A stretch of 62,528 bases of DNA, the filler included, from a bacterium (GTDB lineage Bacteria; JBDRGX01), in NCBI GenBank assembly GCA_043817485.1. It is 8 parts of 8 records of this genome, joined end to end, with 100 filler letters (N's around TTAATTAATTAA, not from the genome) between each part and the next. Parts side by side here need not be neighbours in the genome. Positions count along the whole stretch, not along the records: positions 55,545 to 62,528 come from JBDRGX010000138.1; 7 more parts are not named here. One strand, given 5' to 3'. The translations under genes were made by a program, and so were the position numbers. Shown in pieces: positions 61,292 through 62,528 of this stretch (position 1 is the stretch's first letter; each line of letters begins with the position of its first letter). The notes under the pieces are model-generated. The model saw only the letters and a list, made by a program, of their open reading frames with translations, made no database searches and was not told where the DNA came from.

Positions 61292-62527
61292 TTATGCTAA
61301 ATGAAATAAATTATCATTTTTCTCTAAAATTTTCAAAAATACTTTTACTATTTTTGAATCAAATTGAGTCCCTGAATTTTTATTTAATTCTTTTATAATA
61401 TTTTTTTTATCCAATGCTTTTCTATAAGAACGATCAGAATTCATAGAATCAAAAGCATCTGCAACTGTTATAATTCTTACAATTAAAGGAATTTGTTCTT
61501 CTTTTAATCCATTTGGATAACCAGTTCCATCAAAACGCTCATGATGATGTTTTATTAAAGATAATTCTAAATTTGTAAGTTTAAATGGCTTTAATATATT
61601 TATCCCCATTTCTGGATGTTTTTTTATTTGAGCCCATTCTTCTTTATTTAATAATTTTGGTTTTTGAAGAATTTCTTCTGCAATAAGTACTTTTCCTATA
61701 TCATGTAATTTAGCAATATTTTTTATTATTTTAATTTCTTCTTCAGATAAATTTAATTCTTCAGCAATTTTTAATGCATATTCTGCAACTCTTTCTGAAT
61801 GTCCATGTATATAAGGATTTTTTGCTTCAATAATAATAAAAAAAGATTGAATTATGCTTAAAAAATAGTTTTGCAATTTTTGATAAGATTCTTTTAATTT
61901 ACTACTCATTGTATTAAAAGAAACAATTAAAGTATTTATTTCTTTATTATTTTTTATTTCTTCTATATTATAATTAAAATTTCCTTCAGCAACAATATTT
62001 GTTGCTTTTATTATTTTCAAAATTGGCATAAAAATACTACGAGATAAAAACCATGATAAAAATATAGATAAAAAAATACCAAAAATATTTATTAACCAAA
62101 ATCTTGTTTTAAGAATAGATTGTAGCACATAAACTGATTCAGCAGACATATCAATACCAATAATTGCTATAGTTTTTCCATCTTTATTTTTAATAGGAGC
62201 ATAACCAGATAACCAAATACCACATTCATCTGTAGTAAATTCTTTATCAACAGAAGAATGTTTTAAAGACATAATCATTTCAGGATATTTAGAAACATCA
62301 TATTTATAACCAGGAACTGCTGGTTCTTTTGGATCAGAATCACCAACAAACCGCCATATATTTGGTTCATTAGTTGTTACCATTGTATAAACACATTTTA
62401 TATCCAAACAAGATTTTTGAATTATTCGAAGATTTTTTACTAATTTAATATAATTTTCTGAATTTAAACTACTTAATTTAGGTAAGATTTGTTGATGTTC
62501 TTCTACATCAATTAAAAGTGCTGATAT
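61292..62527 (-). CDS. Sensor-HAMP-HD-GYP c-di-GMP phosphodiesterase (5' partial)
   Basis: Frame is open to the window end; Cache-like sensor, TM, HAMP; HSERV, LHDIGK, HHERFDGTGYP. Confidence 0.9.
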   Translation of the reverse strand: MSALLIDVEEHQQILPKLSSLNSENYIKLVKNLRIIQKSCLDIKCVYTMVTTNEPNIWRFVGDSDPKEPAVPGYKYDVSKYPEMIMSLKHSSVDKEFTTDECGIWLSGYAPIKNKDGKTIAIIGIDMSAESVYVLQSILKTRFWLINIFGIFLSIFLSWFLSRSIFMPILKIIKATNIVAEGNFNYNIEEIKNNKEINTLIVSFNTMSSKLKESYQKLQNYFLSIIQSFFIIIEAKNPYIHGHSERVAEYALKIAEELNLSEEEIKIIKNIAKLHDIGKVLIAEEILQKPKLLNKEEWAQIKKHPEMGINILKPFKLTNLELSLIKHHHERFDGTGYPNGLKEEQIPLIVRIITVADAFDSMNSDRSYRKALDKKNIIKELNKNSGTQFDSKIVKVFLKILEKNDNLFHLA

Positions 62528-62528
62528 A

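Noticed and set aside
1-62528. Alternative genetic code (TGA=Trp/Gly) given the extreme AT content
   Set aside because: Conserved genes end at TGA (lpdA, bioF, hisD) and use TGG for Trp, with no in-frame TGA.

Overview
Very AT-rich diderm bacterial DNA (lpxA, gmhA, TonB/ExbBD, lgt) using genetic code 11. It is a draft pseudo-scaffold: eight contig pieces are joined by 100-nt N44-TTAATTAATTAA-N44 linkers, so gene adjacency across linkers is meaningless. Most of the content is housekeeping: lpdA, queD, efp, fabZ-lpxA, pyrR-pyrB-pyrC-carA, three tRNAs, secA, bioF, gltX, gatA, lgt, queA, ychF, recJ, panD, hisD and gmhA. It also carries type IV pilus-related genes, a type II R-M pair and signalling genes. 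The main non-coding findings are a probable 6S RNA (12974-13145), a decayed integron cassette array with three attC sites and no integrase (about 34680-35790), and a dispersed family of modular intergenic elements. Those elements have ATACYAARTTGCAWTCAAA-type terminal inverted repeats enclosing interchangeable heptamer-repeat and REP-like hairpin modules. Unusual proteins include a methyltransferase/Ddl-type ATP-grasp fusion, a B12 radical SAM coupled to an H-protein, an EF-P with a KAGKG loop, a 961-aa PilX-like solenoid, a natural idealised helical-repeat protein, an orphan V-ATPase subunit D, and an ATP-grasp gene frameshifted at a poly-A tract. All calls come from reading motifs by eye; no searches were run.
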